A DNA stretch of 64,000 nucleotides from a virus. Position 1 is the stretch's first letter, and each line of letters begins with the position of its first letter. The notes beneath the pieces were generated by a model, which was not told the origin of the DNA, made no database searches, and saw only the letters and a list, made by a program, of their open reading frames with translations. Of this stretch, positions 31,929 to 42,562 are shown one piece after another. The stretch lies in IMG/VR virus record IMGVR_UViG_3300025133_000028; one strand, written 5' to 3'. A program made the position numbers and the translations under genes.

Positions 31929-32310
31929 CTTCTTTGTTCTCCACCCTTTCTAAATTCCTAACTGGTAATTTTAATTGATAACGAGTCCACTCTACGTTAT
32001 AATTTTCTAACTCTTTCCTAAGACTTCTAATTTGTGCATTGCCGTTATCCAAAATACGCTGTCTGACATCTTCATACATCTCTTTGAATTCAACTTGTTC
32101 TGGCTGTAATTCGCCGTTTTCGTCTTCCCATAAGAATGAAAATTTCTTTTCCACAGCATCTAAGGCACCAATCATCGTAGTTGTTATTTTTTTCTTGATG
32201 ATTTTTTCTAACCTATCTTTGGAATCTTGGTTGTATTTTAAATCACGTTCTTTTTCTTTTGCTCTTTTAGCTTGCAAAAAGGTGATTATATTGTCTGGTC
32301 TATTGTCCAT
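31909..32310 (-). CDS. Hypothetical protein (tail assembly region)
   Basis: Coupled ORF, helical. Confidence 0.6.
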   Translation of the reverse strand: MDNRPDNIITFLQAKRAKEKERDLKYNQDSKDRLEKIIKKKITTTMIGALDAVEKKFSFLWEDENGELQPEQVEFKEMYEDVRQRILDNGNAQIRSLRKELENYNVEWTRYQLKLPVRNLERVENKEDGSQQN

Positions 32311-33344
32311 TATTTTTGTCCTTTTACCATTTCGTTGTATGCCTGCGACATAGCTATTGACCTATCCCGCTGAACATCTGGAAACTCTTGTTGTTTCATC
32401 ATTCCTTTTTCTTCTAGTAAGTTCATTCTTTGTTGTAGAATAGAACGACTATAGTCTGTATTTAAGTCATAAATCTTATCAGCATCGTCTTGAGTGTCAA
32501 CTTTAACATATTGTTCTGAGTGGTTGCTGAGTTTAGATTCTGCCAATCTTACGTTTCTTTGCCCGTCTCTGTCTTTCTTTTGTGATATTAGCCAACCATC
32601 CAACATGTCATCGTCATCAAATACGTCATCTGCTGGAGCGTCTGGCGACTCTTTAATGTTGTCATATAGACTAGACCACATAACTAATCGTTGTTGGTCC
32701 ATTGTCATTTCACAAGACGGAATGCCAAAAACTTCAAAATTCTTACCAGCAGTCCACGTTAAATCCCAAGGTGAACTTCTGGCTAGTTCTCGAATCGTAG
32801 CTTCTTCTACAAATGACTCATTAAATTTATTTAACACAGTCTGTATAGAAATATTATACCAATTACATCTTTTGTTGCTATGTAGGTGATATGTACTGTT
32901 TTTTAAATAATGTACTATTTTAGCTAATGTTGCTAAACCGTGACATGTCATATGGTCAAAAGCGTGCAAGATTCTATTCAGTCTATTGTATTCGTCTTTT
33001 GCTACTTTAAGATACTTTCTAACTCTTGCTTTTTGATTGCTGCGAAAATAACTTTTAAACAGTTCAACTTTCCAATATTCAATATGGTTTGGCAAAACAT
33101 CGTCTATTTCGTTTTGCTTATCCTCTGACCACATATCTTTATCTATCAAAACAGCTTTAATGCCCGTATCATCATAAACATTCTGATTTAAACATTTGTT
33201 ATATTCTATTTCGTAAATAGCTTGTGCTTCATACATTAAGTCTTTATTTGGTCTGTTAACCTTAAGTATGGTCTTTCTATATGGAATTAACAAAGTACCA
33301 GAAGTGATTCTAGCAATCAGCAATTCTTTTTGCCTAAAATTCAT
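32310..33344 (-). CDS. Hypothetical protein (tail chaperone-like)
   Basis: Probable start ATG 33344 after GGAAGG; 'IKESPDAP.DDV.DDDDMLDGWL' resembles tail chaperone C-termini. Confidence 0.5.
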   Translation of the reverse strand: MNFRQKELLIARITSGTLLIPYRKTILKVNRPNKDLMYEAQAIYEIEYNKCLNQNVYDDTGIKAVLIDKDMWSEDKQNEIDDVLPNHIEYWKVELFKSYFRSNQKARVRKYLKVAKDEYNRLNRILHAFDHMTCHGLATLAKIVHYLKNSTYHLHSNKRCNWYNISIQTVLNKFNESFVEEATIRELARSSPWDLTWTAGKNFEVFGIPSCEMTMDQQRLVMWSSLYDNIKESPDAPADDVFDDDDMLDGWLISQKKDRDGQRNVRLAESKLSNHSEQYVKVDTQDDADKIYDLNTDYSRSILQQRMNLLEEKGMMKQQEFPDVQRDRSIAMSQAYNEMVKGQK

Positions 33345-33365
33345 ATACCTTCCTGTAAGTTCCAT

Positions 33366-33402
33366 AAAAAAACCAGCTTGACTGTTAAGCCAAACTGGCT
33401 TG
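33366..33402 (-). terminator. Terminator after the major tail gene
   Basis: Minus strand CCAGTTTGGCT-TAAC-AGTCAAGCTGG followed by T7. Confidence 0.7.
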
Positions 33403-33407
33403 TGTTA

Positions 33408-34445
33408 TTAGTTATTAACTCCAGGGTTTTGGTCCTGAGTAATTGTTAAGTCATTAAAAGTGGTATAACTATAACTATTAGTGTCGTTACCACCACCAGT
33501 ATCACCACCACCAGATGTTACACTAGATAGTTTGTTTTGAGTACCAAGGTAGAACAATGTTGAGTCTTCAAGCTTAACTTGAATAGTATGAGCACTTAAG
33601 TTGTTACCATCAGCAAGAACACCAGCTTCGGTAGCTTCAATTTGGTCACCAGTTGTTGACAAAACTTCAATTTCTGTGGTTACTTCAACAGGAAATGTAA
33701 CAAATCTGAAGAATGGTCCACGTCTACCAAGTTCGTTCAAAGCTTCACGACCAAGGTCAACACTAAAGGTAACATTCTGAACGTGAGCACCATATACGTC
33801 TACTGTCTTGTTGTTTGTACCAGAAGAAGAAATACCTGGAATACCATTTGTTCCACCAGGAAGCAAGGTTTCGGTTAGTTGACCAAATACAACATTTTGT
33901 CGTCTTTGAACACCGCCGTTACCAGAATCTAAAGCTAGAGGAGTATCAGCATTATCAAACAAAGAACCACTGAAAGTATATGCGGCAGACAACCATGTTT
34001 TATCGTTACCAACCAAACTCACAGATTCAGTGCAGTTACCTTCAGTCGGGATTGTATATGTTAAACTATTAACGTACATACCAGACAAGTTAACTTGTGC
34101 AACTGGAACACCAGAAGCAGCATTTTGCGTATCGCCAAAAATACTCATAGCAACATTGGCTCTAGCACCTGAACGTCCAGAAAGTGTGTTACTTGCAGCA
34201 TCTACAGTAGCCAAGTGGTAAAGTAATGGGTATCCATCCAAAACTCTTTCAACAGTCATTTCAATATCTGGAATATCTTCGATATTTTGATAGATAGAAA
34301 TTTGACCATATTCAAACACTTGCTCTAGATTAAAGGTGGTTGTAATACCAGCACTTTGCACACCGTGAACTACAGCATGTGTAGAACTACCGTGTGGAGC
34401 AACTCCGATGGCTTTCACAGCCCAAAAAATACGATTATTGACCAT
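33408..34445 (-). CDS. Major tail (tube) protein
   Basis: 345 aa, Thr/Gly-rich; own late motif upstream and terminator downstream; synteny. Confidence 0.7.
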   Translation of the reverse strand: MVNNRIFWAVKAIGVAPHGSSTHAVVHGVQSAGITTTFNLEQVFEYGQISIYQNIEDIPDIEMTVERVLDGYPLLYHLATVDAASNTLSGRSGARANVAMSIFGDTQNAASGVPVAQVNLSGMYVNSLTYTIPTEGNCTESVSLVGNDKTWLSAAYTFSGSLFDNADTPLALDSGNGGVQRRQNVVFGQLTETLLPGGTNGIPGISSSGTNNKTVDVYGAHVQNVTFSVDLGREALNELGRRGPFFRFVTFPVEVTTEIEVLSTTGDQIEATEAGVLADGNNLSAHTIQVKLEDSTLFYLGTQNKLSSVTSGGGDTGGGNDTNSYSYTTFNDLTITQDQNPGVNN

Positions 34446-34571
34446 TTAAGTTATTATCCTATAGAGATTTAGAGTATTTATAAGTTAAATAATTACAAAT
34501 TTTTCTAATTAAAAGTTATGTTTGAATAATTGGATTTACAGAAATACCAATCAGTAAACAAGTTATCTATT

Positions 34572-34584
34572 GTATTATACACCA
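34572..34584 (-). promoter_or_regulatory. Putative late promoter TGGTGTATAATAC
   Basis: Motif copy upstream of the tail tube gene. Confidence 0.6.
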
Positions 34585-34591
34585 AGGAGAC

Positions 34592-35566
34592 CTAAATATC
34601 GGTCAAAACAACATGAGTCGTCATATCCACAGATGTGGTGTACACATTATGGCTTAACCACTGTCCATTACTGAAGTTCGAGTCAGAAAAAGTCAATTTT
34701 CCATATTGGATATTACTTCCGGTATCTCTGTAACCTCCTACTCCGCTATGACTTACTAGCTTAGGATATGACATCGCTCCAGAAACCCTATCTCCATTGG
34801 CATCAAGAGGAAAAACATCATCATCTGCCATTCTATCAGGGTCAAACATGAAAATAGTCTTTTCTGTCTGATGGCCAATAATGTCTGCTATTTTTTGGGC
34901 TTCTTCGTCGTTTTCTGCAATAACGTGAAAAATTACGTCAGTCCACACATTTTGAGCAGAACCTAATTGGTATGGGGTATATTCTCGTCTTGGAGTTATT
35001 TCTACTGCTACCATCGGCAAAGGAAGTCTGGTTTGTGCTAATTGTGACCACTGACCACTACTGCTAACATAGTCAGATTCGTCTACTCTGTAGGAACGGG
35101 TTTGGATTTCTCTTAACCACGGAACTGCTCTAGCATCGCGGAATTTAACCCACTTATGACTAAATTCCAAATGAACATTACTAGTCAAGGCAATTGCAGT
35201 ATCAAATACTACTCTTCCTTCTAAATGGTTAATATAGTATGTACCACTACCTCTTGGGGTAAATACATCATCTACAAACACGCCAGATATGTCAATGGGC
35301 TCAGATTGTGTTGTTCCGCTTTGCCATACCCAATCGCTTTGATAACCTTCCCAAACTGTACCAGACGTAAATCGTGGGTCAGCTATTGGACGTAAGGTAT
35401 GTCTTGTTCCGCCATATGCACCAGATGTTGGCACTGTAATATTCATAAAATTACCGGCGTTTAAGAATCCCCAGTCAAAAAATTCAATTAAGTTTATTTT
35501 TAGCTTTTTCGACAAGGTAGAATCACCAAAGTCAGAGAAGCCTTTTAATGTGTCGTGTGTAGCCAT
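34592..35566 (-). CDS. Tail terminator/neck protein
   Basis: Synteny: immediately before the tail tube gene. Confidence 0.5.
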   Translation of the reverse strand: MATHDTLKGFSDFGDSTLSKKLKINLIEFFDWGFLNAGNFMNITVPTSGAYGGTRHTLRPIADPRFTSGTVWEGYQSDWVWQSGTTQSEPIDISGVFVDDVFTPRGSGTYYINHLEGRVVFDTAIALTSNVHLEFSHKWVKFRDARAVPWLREIQTRSYRVDESDYVSSSGQWSQLAQTRLPLPMVAVEITPRREYTPYQLGSAQNVWTDVIFHVIAENDEEAQKIADIIGHQTEKTIFMFDPDRMADDDVFPLDANGDRVSGAMSYPKLVSHSGVGGYRDTGSNIQYGKLTFSDSNFSNGQWLSHNVYTTSVDMTTHVVLTDI

Positions 35567-36234
35567 TATAGTGCTCCTAAGAATTTTTCTACAATGATTG
35601 CTCTAACATGTGCTTTAAAAACTCCGTCTCTTGCATTAAGAGAACGTGTAACCCAGTTAGAATTAACAGTACCAGCATATTTAGAAGGAACTCGCCAAGA
35701 CCTGGAATCATTAAAAACCATAATCGCCTGTCCAGAACGTCCTGAACCATCACGAAAATCTATTCTAAAATCTTGAATAATAAGTTCATTACCTCTAAAT
35801 AACAACCAATTTAACCAAGGTAAATGGTCTCCTTTTTTGGTATCTACAATAGCAGGAGCAGTAAGTACTGTTTCGTCTAAATCGTTAACAATACCAACTG
35901 TTATACCAGCGCCTGTAATTTTACCTTGTTGATTAACATGAAAAGGTTTAGATGTTACTGTGACTTGATTAGCAATCATATCTACTATTTTATCAACTCT
36001 GGATGATGCTGTCCCTTTAGGAAAACCAAAATGCCCAATCAACGCACCAGAAGTTAAAGCTATATATGTGGCATGTGATGTAAGATATAAAGGAATTACT
36101 TCTATAAGACGTTGCTCTATTCTATTTGCGGTATGAACTAATATATCGTTAATGTGGTCTACAAGAGCAATAGTTGCTTTAATTCTAAAACTTTTGGTAC
36201 TTTCAGTAATTTGTAATTCAACTTTTTTAACCAT
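35566..36234 (-). CDS. Tail completion/neck protein
   Basis: Synteny; translationally coupled. Confidence 0.45.
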   Translation of the reverse strand: MVKKVELQITESTKSFRIKATIALVDHINDILVHTANRIEQRLIEVIPLYLTSHATYIALTSGALIGHFGFPKGTASSRVDKIVDMIANQVTVTSKPFHVNQQGKITGAGITVGIVNDLDETVLTAPAIVDTKKGDHLPWLNWLLFRGNELIIQDFRIDFRDGSGRSGQAIMVFNDSRSWRVPSKYAGTVNSNWVTRSLNARDGVFKAHVRAIIVEKFLGAL

Positions 36235-36235
36235 A

Positions 36236-36730
36236 TTATACCCTTTCTAAATAAGCAATAAAATACTTGTCTTTTCCAAAACCGTGTGGATATAATTCTC
36301 CAGAAAGAGCGAATCTTAATTTTCGGTTGTTCTTATCGTTAACTAAAACGACTTCATTAGCCTTAATTAACTTATCTGCATCTGATGCGTACCCAATGAC
36401 TTGCACTGTTCCTTCTGGGTAGTTGATATTGTCGCCAACCTTTATCCACTTAGGAGTTCTCCAATAGACACGAAGACTAATTTCTTCAGTAGTTTCTGTC
36501 TCTTTATATCCTTGTCCTCCACATAATGGACAATTCCCAAAAGTGAAAGACATTGGACCACCTGTTTTATATACATTTGTACTTCCCCAGTTGCTATAAA
36601 TACAATTAATACAAGCTGTTCTAAGAGGAGGATATACTAAAGTACATGAGTCAGCAACTCTACTAGACATCAACGCATCAATTGCGTCATGATAAATAGT
36701 AAAAATGTCATCTGGAATTGAAAATGCCAT
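36236..36730 (-). CDS. Head closure/stopper-like protein with Cys pairs
   Basis: 'CINC...CPLCGGQG' motifs; head-tail joining position. Confidence 0.5.
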   Translation of the reverse strand: MAFSIPDDIFTIYHDAIDALMSSRVADSCTLVYPPLRTACINCIYSNWGSTNVYKTGGPMSFTFGNCPLCGGQGYKETETTEEISLRVYWRTPKWIKVGDNINYPEGTVQVIGYASDADKLIKANEVVLVNDKNNRKLRFALSGELYPHGFGKDKYFIAYLERV

Positions 36731-36738
36731 ATGTTCCT

Positions 36739-36939
36739 CTAACTAGTGTAATAAGTAGTGTCGTCAAATCTATCATGTTTACTTAAAGCAATACCAGACA
36801 CAGAAATTGTTTGTGCAAATTCTGGAGCTAAGGTATCACTGTTGCCGTTCATATCAGCATTTACTATAGCATGTCCTTGATTAATGTCGTTGCCAACAAT
36901 AGGTTTGCCAATTACGTCTGATTGAAATTGTCCAGCCAT
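36739..36939 (-). CDS. Small virion protein
   Basis: RBS GGAGA; lies within the structural operon. Confidence 0.55.
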   Translation of the reverse strand: MAGQFQSDVIGKPIVGNDINQGHAIVNADMNGNSDTLAPEFAQTISVSGIALSKHDRFDDTTYYTS

Positions 36940-36974
36940 TATATTCTCCGATTACTCGTAAAAATACGAGATTA

Positions 36975-37469
36975 TTAGCGAAAAGGACCAAATCTATGGT
37001 CGTGGTGTGTATTGGTAGTTGTATATGGAGCAAGAACAGATTCACCAGGACTATTACTACCTGCTTGATGTTGTAGTTTTGCGTTGTTATAATTGTCACA
37101 CATTTCATCAAGTTGTTCTTTAAGTGCATTATATCTTCCTTTAGTATCAATAGTCGAAAAACCATCAACAACTCTAAAGGTTTCAACAGCAGCTTTTTTA
37201 CATTCTCCGGTTAAAATAATACAAGCAGCTTTTATACTAACTAAATTAACAAATCCGTCATCAATACTTGGAGTAGTTGGGTCTGGAGTAATTGCTCTAG
37301 TTGCAATATTCAGCGTATATGTATTGTCAAAATCAACATCGTTTTGTACAAACTGAGCGGCTATAACAATAACTTGCTCGATTTGTCCTGTACTATATGT
37401 GCTTCCATCTAAATCATTTACTAACCAGCGTATCATATCTGGTATCATATCATGCCAACTCATAGTCAT
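36975..37469 (-). CDS. Head-tail adaptor-like protein
   Basis: 'IRWLVNDLD...YS...I' helical adaptor pattern; synteny. Confidence 0.5.
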   Translation of the reverse strand: MTMSWHDMIPDMIRWLVNDLDGSTYSTGQIEQVIVIAAQFVQNDVDFDNTYTLNIATRAITPDPTTPSIDDGFVNLVSIKAACIILTGECKKAAVETFRVVDGFSTIDTKGRYNALKEQLDEMCDNYNNAKLQHQAGSNSPGESVLAPYTTTNTHHDHRFGPFR

Positions 37470-37472
37470 CTC

Positions 37473-37784
37473 CTATTCGTTACATATTCTTAAGATACCG
37501 TCACCAATTAATATCTGAGAAAGACTAGTAGTAATCGTATGTTCAATACGGTATCGTTTACCATTAGTCCCACCAGCAACATTAAAAGTCACAGTTTGTC
37601 CAGAAATTGCTACACTTGATATTGTTAAATCGGTTGAAGTATCTCCGTTTAAATACTTCTGAGTAGAAGAATCAACTGAAGATATAGTCTCTGCACTGGT
37701 CATTAAATTAGAAAAATCCATAGTAAAAGAACGTGTCTCACCAGATTGTTTTTCTAATTCTGTTACAATTTTTGTACTACTCAT
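37473..37784 (-). CDS. Fibre/adaptor-type small virion protein
   Basis: 'EKQSGETRSFTMDFS...VAGGTNGKRYRI...TT' pattern. Confidence 0.5.
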   Translation of the reverse strand: MSSTKIVTELEKQSGETRSFTMDFSNLMTSAETISSVDSSTQKYLNGDTSTDLTISSVAISGQTVTFNVAGGTNGKRYRIEHTITTSLSQILIGDGILRICNE

Positions 37785-37798
37785 TACCTACCTCCAAA

Positions 37799-38581
37799 TT
37801 ATGCAGAACTTCCAGTTGCTCTTAATGTGTAAGTAGTCTTAGCAGGAGCAGTACCAGCAGCTAATGTAAGTTTAAGCCAAATGCCAATATGTGATGCAGC
37901 AGCAAGGTCAGCAGTTGCAGCGTCTAATTCATCTGCAAGTGCTTTGTTAGCACTGTCAAAACCACTACTACCAAGGTCAGTCCCGGTCGGAGCAGTTGTT
38001 CTATCGGTACTTGTACCAGTATCGTCAATAGCGTCTTCAAGTGCAAAAGTCACATTCCCAGATGGGTCTGCGTTTTCTTGAATTTCAGCACTTAACAAAG
38101 ACAAGGTAGCATGGTCGTTTTGAACAAAAATCTTTTCATAAAAATCACGACTAGAACCAGTAGATACATCAGCAGACACATCATAAAAAGGTCTACGTAA
38201 AGTTGTAATACCAGCTTCCATAGTACCAATTGCGGTATAAGTAGGATTATTATTACGAGCAACCGTAATAGTGCCAGTGGTTGTACCACTTAAAGTTACT
38301 TTTAATATTCTTTCAAAAGATTGTGCAGTTGTCACTCTAGTTGTACCAGTAAGTGTTTCAGCCTCACTAACAATACTACCACCACTATCGCGACCATAAA
38401 TAGTAACGGTTTGTGTAGTATCACCAGCATTATCGCTCACAACAGAAACAGAATCTGTTGCTGCAATATCTGTAAACACAACTTTAACAGCGGTGTCAAT
38501 TGCCCCACCTTGTGTGCCACTATCTGATTCTTGCATGTTAGCACTACCATATACAACAAGGTCTGTATCAGCAATAGCCAT
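37799..38581 (-). CDS. Virion structural protein
   Basis: Thr/Ser/Ala-rich beta protein in the head region. Confidence 0.55.
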   Translation of the reverse strand: MAIADTDLVVYGSANMQESDSGTQGGAIDTAVKVVFTDIAATDSVSVVSDNAGDTTQTVTIYGRDSGGSIVSEAETLTGTTRVTTAQSFERILKVTLSGTTTGTITVARNNNPTYTAIGTMEAGITTLRRPFYDVSADVSTGSSRDFYEKIFVQNDHATLSLLSAEIQENADPSGNVTFALEDAIDDTGTSTDRTTAPTGTDLGSSGFDSANKALADELDAATADLAAASHIGIWLKLTLAAGTAPAKTTYTLRATGSSA

Positions 38582-38596
38582 ATTTATATTCTCCTA

Positions 38597-39781
38597 TTAT
38601 TTTGTGAAAGTCCAAGTAGTTGGTCTTTCTTCAAGTATTGATGATTTATTTCTATCAGCTAAATCCCAAATATTAACCCTGGTAGATAATACCCACTGAT
38701 TATTTCTACTTCCTAACGTCCAAGACGTTGTGCGACCACCAAGTATCCAATCTAAAGACTCTCCAGGTATACCCAAAGCGTCTGATAAATGAGATACAGG
38801 TATAGTACTATCACTATTTAATACCAATAGATTAGACACCAAAACTTGATTATCGCCGTTAATATCCAGTAAATAATCAATCGGTGTCTGAAAATCGGTA
38901 GTAACAACTGTTGTGTCAGCCAAATATGACACAGGAATACTAGAATCAGTATTTACATTTATTAAGTAAGATACAGAAATACCATTGTCTAACAACACAT
39001 CTAAAACATGACCAAGAGACATGGTATTATCAATAGAGATGTTTAATAAATAAGACACAGGTATTTGTTTATCTGCGTTTATATCTAAAATATGAGATAA
39101 AGAAACACTAGAATCAGTATTTACGTCTAACAAATAATCAAACAGTGTTTGACCATCTGAAACTATATCTAAAATATGACCAAATGGTATTTGACCATCC
39201 GAAACCATATCTAACAAATGGTCAATTGGTATCGCAAAATCTGCCGAAATCGCACTTTCAGACAAATAAGACACTGGAATAATACTATTACCGTTAACAT
39301 CTATTAAATGACTAAACGGTATGACCTTATCGCCATTTATATTTGAAGCATAACTAAAAGGTATAACTTTATCGCTGTTAACATCTAAGAGATGCTCAAG
39401 ATTTATTACTTTATCAGAATTTATGTCTATTAAATGGCTAAACGGTATAGAATTATCGGAATTTACGTCAATCTGGTAATCAATATTTGTTAGATGGTCC
39501 GAGACTAGGTCTAATATATGACCAAACGGAATAGATTTATCTGTGTTAACGTCGATTTTATAACTGAGTGGTATATTTTTATCTTCATTGACTTGTAAAA
39601 GATGACCTATAGGAATTGAATAATCTTGATTTACATCTAGTATATAGCTAAAAGGCAGTTGTTTATCAGAATTTAAATCTAACGCATGTGATATTGGAAT
39701 CTGAAAGTCTTGAAACACAGTAGTCGCACTATCAACTAAAGCTGATATTGGAGATTCAGATATTGAATGAAAACCTAGCAT
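38597..39781 (-). CDS. 14-residue repeat fibre-like virion protein
   Basis: About 20 tandem copies of D-x-x-I-P-x-S-(H/Y)-L-L-D-(V/I)-N-S. Confidence 0.65.
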   Translation of the reverse strand: MLGFHSISESPISALVDSATTVFQDFQIPISHALDLNSDKQLPFSYILDVNQDYSIPIGHLLQVNEDKNIPLSYKIDVNTDKSIPFGHILDLVSDHLTNIDYQIDVNSDNSIPFSHLIDINSDKVINLEHLLDVNSDKVIPFSYASNINGDKVIPFSHLIDVNGNSIIPVSYLSESAISADFAIPIDHLLDMVSDGQIPFGHILDIVSDGQTLFDYLLDVNTDSSVSLSHILDINADKQIPVSYLLNISIDNTMSLGHVLDVLLDNGISVSYLINVNTDSSIPVSYLADTTVVTTDFQTPIDYLLDINGDNQVLVSNLLVLNSDSTIPVSHLSDALGIPGESLDWILGGRTTSWTLGSRNNQWVLSTRVNIWDLADRNKSSILEERPTTWTFTK

Positions 39782-39791
39782 TAATTACCTC

Positions 39792-40952
39792 TTATAAAGC
39801 AGAGCCCATCATAAAAGTATTTGTTGTACCACCACCACCACCACCACCACCACCACCACTTTCGTCACTCAGTTCCCACGGAATCATTTCTGCCGAACTA
39901 GAATAACAATAAACACCCCCATAAAGTTGCGTATCAGGAGCATTAGTATCAGTGTATGGACCAATCGCATTACCATCATGAGAGCCTGAAACATCACTCC
40001 CACTTACGTCTGTAATCCACTCAACCAAATGGCTACCACCGCTCATCGAGCCAGAAGCAATGGTTGAAAACGTGCCAACAGAATTCAAGTTATGACACCT
40101 TAGATACCAATTACCAGACCACCAATACAACGTATAAAACCATTTTGTTCCAATAAACATCGGAGCGGGCATTCGCACAGCAGGACCAAGGGGAGTCGTC
40201 GTACCCCCTGCTATTACTGTCCCTGTGCAAGTATGGTCTCCGTCACTAACTCCTGTTTCGCAATGTATTGCTCTGTGACCAGCGCTCTCGTAAATCGAAA
40301 TTGTGGAACTCATAAAGTCTGCTGTACAATTGTATCCTGTCCACATATTAACAGGGATTGACGCTGCTACCTCTGTTACGACCGTTGAGGGAGGTAAGGG
40401 AGGTCCATCGTCTGTATATTGGTCTTGAATCTCTGTCCAATCAAAACCTTTTTTTGTTTGTAAATATAACCATTTGCGAGCTTGAGTTAAGTTACTACGA
40501 AGGTCAGCATATCCTTGTTTTTTTCTAGTGATTACCTCTAAAGCGTGCTCTTTGGTGCGATGAAATCTTTCCCTGTAAAGAACATTACCATCAAAATAAA
40601 TAGATGATTGTCCCCTTTTGTTTGGTTCAATTGGATTTGGACCCAAGCTATTACTAATGTCCGCACCTAATGTCATAGCCTCCCACAGTCCCTTTCCCAT
40701 CTTATTTGCACGAATGTTTTGCTTTAAAGAAAAGTATGTGGATAGCTTACTACGCAAAGAACTTGTTATATTTATATTGGCTAAATCTCTACTTTGTCCA
40801 ATATATTTGTATCTTGGAGGGGCAACAGCATTATTCAACATAGAAACTACTGCCCGATTTTCAGTAATAAATAACATAGATTTAACGCCGGGGTGGAACC
40901 CAGTGTCTTCTATATTGTTAGGAGTAGTCGCCTCTGCCATATAAAACTTCAT
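39792..40952 (-). CDS. Hypothetical virion-associated protein with C-terminal beta-sandwich and poly-Gly linker
   Basis: 386 aa; ten consecutive Gly near the C-terminus. Confidence 0.5.
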   Translation of the reverse strand: MKFYMAEATTPNNIEDTGFHPGVKSMLFITENRAVVSMLNNAVAPPRYKYIGQSRDLANINITSSLRSKLSTYFSLKQNIRANKMGKGLWEAMTLGADISNSLGPNPIEPNKRGQSSIYFDGNVLYRERFHRTKEHALEVITRKKQGYADLRSNLTQARKWLYLQTKKGFDWTEIQDQYTDDGPPLPPSTVVTEVAASIPVNMWTGYNCTADFMSSTISIYESAGHRAIHCETGVSDGDHTCTGTVIAGGTTTPLGPAVRMPAPMFIGTKWFYTLYWWSGNWYLRCHNLNSVGTFSTIASGSMSGGSHLVEWITDVSGSDVSGSHDGNAIGPYTDTNAPDTQLYGGVYCYSSSAEMIPWELSDESGGGGGGGGGGTTNTFMMGSAL

Positions 40953-41269
40953 TATTTAAACACCTCTAAACACTGCCCCATAATCCATGGGTCTATAACA
41001 TTGTGTTTAATGCTTTCAAAAATTAAGTTTGCTTGCGAGTCTTCTAAATCTGCTTCACCTTTTAGGTTGACTAATTTAGAAATAATTAAAAATTTTTCAT
41101 AACGTATGTCTTCATTGTCTTTTGAATTTGGTTTTCTTAGAGATTGAATAACAATATCTTTGACTGTTAGGTTTGCTAATATGTTTTTTTCTTCAAGTTT
41201 ACCAACGACCCTGCAAATATTTTTTCCATCAATTTCAGTAATTATTTTATCGACATTATAATAGTCCAT
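40952..41269 (-). CDS. Hypothetical protein (fibre chaperone-like)
   Basis: Follows the fibre gene; translationally coupled. Confidence 0.45.
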   Translation of the reverse strand: MDYYNVDKIITEIDGKNICRVVGKLEEKNILANLTVKDIVIQSLRKPNSKDNEDIRYEKFLIISKLVNLKGEADLEDSQANLIFESIKHNVIDPWIMGQCLEVFK

Positions 41270-41279
41270 CTTTTATTCC

Positions 41280-42476
41280 TTACATATAACCTAAAGAGTA
41301 TGTTCCACGATAGGTTGTTCCATCAAAAATAAAACAAACTATATCAGTTCCAGATGTTGATAAAGTAGGTGCCCCAGCAGTACCCCAATCAACACCCATA
41401 GGCCAGGAAGCTGTTCTACTACCTGTCATATCTTGCGTTAATATTAATGTAAAACTACCAACCTCTGCATATGTTGGGTCTGTAAATGTATAAGTAACAT
41501 TTCCAGTTAGAGTTGATAATTGATAATTACTCAAACCCCAATCTATAGTGTCAGAAGTTCCACTGTTTCCGTTATCAAAATAGTCAAAACTAGCAGATTT
41601 ATAAAACAAAGACTCGCCGTTTTGTTCAATACGAAAAGCTTCAGCTAATGTACCACCTTCTCCTGTATGAAAAGACAAATAACCATCGTCTTTATTTGTA
41701 TTGTCAAAACCAGCAGCAAACTTAATTCTAGCAACTTCTGTGGCATTCCATTCTGCGCTTATTTGATACAATATGTCATCAGCAGAAGCACGATTACTAT
41801 CTGCTGTCCACACACAATCTTCATCTCCTGAATAAATATAAAACCTATCAGAAGCATCAGGAACAGAACCAAAACCAATATTTTCGTTACCCATGTCCAT
41901 TGTAAAAATATTAGTATTTCTAGCGCTACCGCTATCAAGCGTACTTCCGTGTCTAATCAAACCGCCGTCAACATATACTCTATACCACTTATCGTCAGAA
42001 GCACCACCATTATCTATTAAGTTTAAACTAGCAATATCACCTTCTGCAACAAAACCACACTCATAAGAAGCGTTGTTTATATTTACCCAAGTTCTATTAC
42101 TTCCAGATGCCCAACTAGCTAAATTTTGCGGGTCAGTACCACCAAGACCTAAACTGCCCTCACTGCTTAATACACATAATTTATCAGCAGGACCAGTACT
42201 AAACACAGTCAAGGAACCAGTAAAACTAACTAAAGCATCGGCATTACTACTCTGTAAAACGGTTGTGCGAGACAATGTGTCTGGAGTAGCGTCTGTAACA
42301 GTTCCAAGACCAACTTCCCAATCTGTTCCGTTGGTTATAGCATAATAGGTTATATTTGTAGTCCCAACACCAGCAACAAACGTTTGGAAACCAGTAGCAG
42401 CACCATCTAAGTCTAATGTACCAGTCCCAGTAGTAGCACTGGTTTCTTTAACTCTATCAGCAATTACTAATGCCAT
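41280..42476 (-). CDS. Fibre protein
   Basis: Likely start ATG 42476 (RBS GGAG); N-terminus 'MALVIADRVKET..TTGTGT'; C-terminal 'LTGNVTYTF...LILTQD.TGSRT..WP..V.W....PTLS' fibre domain. Confidence 0.7.
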   Translation of the reverse strand: MALVIADRVKETSATTGTGTLDLDGAATGFQTFVAGVGTTNITYYAITNGTDWEVGLGTVTDATPDTLSRTTVLQSSNADALVSFTGSLTVFSTGPADKLCVLSSEGSLGLGGTDPQNLASWASGSNRTWVNINNASYECGFVAEGDIASLNLIDNGGASDDKWYRVYVDGGLIRHGSTLDSGSARNTNIFTMDMGNENIGFGSVPDASDRFYIYSGDEDCVWTADSNRASADDILYQISAEWNATEVARIKFAAGFDNTNKDDGYLSFHTGEGGTLAEAFRIEQNGESLFYKSASFDYFDNGNSGTSDTIDWGLSNYQLSTLTGNVTYTFTDPTYAEVGSFTLILTQDMTGSRTASWPMGVDWGTAGAPTLSTSGTDIVCFIFDGTTYRGTYSLGYM

Positions 42477-42494
42477 AGTACTACTCCATATAAT

Positions 42495-42528
42495 AAAAAA
42501 ACCTGTGGCAGCTAGTGCCACCACAGGT
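42495..42528 (-). terminator. Terminator after the major capsid gene
   Basis: Minus strand ACCTGTGG-TGGCACTAGCTG-CCACAGGT followed by a T-tract. Confidence 0.75.
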
Positions 42529-42562
42529 AATAATTTATTTTACCTAGTATATAAACGTTTGA

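Noticed and set aside
31047-33344. Programmed frameshift in the tail chaperone genes
   Set aside because: The ORFs have their own starts and I could not identify a convincing slippery site
39828-39858. (CCA)n microsatellite as a contingency locus
   Set aside because: In-frame triplet repeat encoding a poly-Gly linker; slippage would not switch phase
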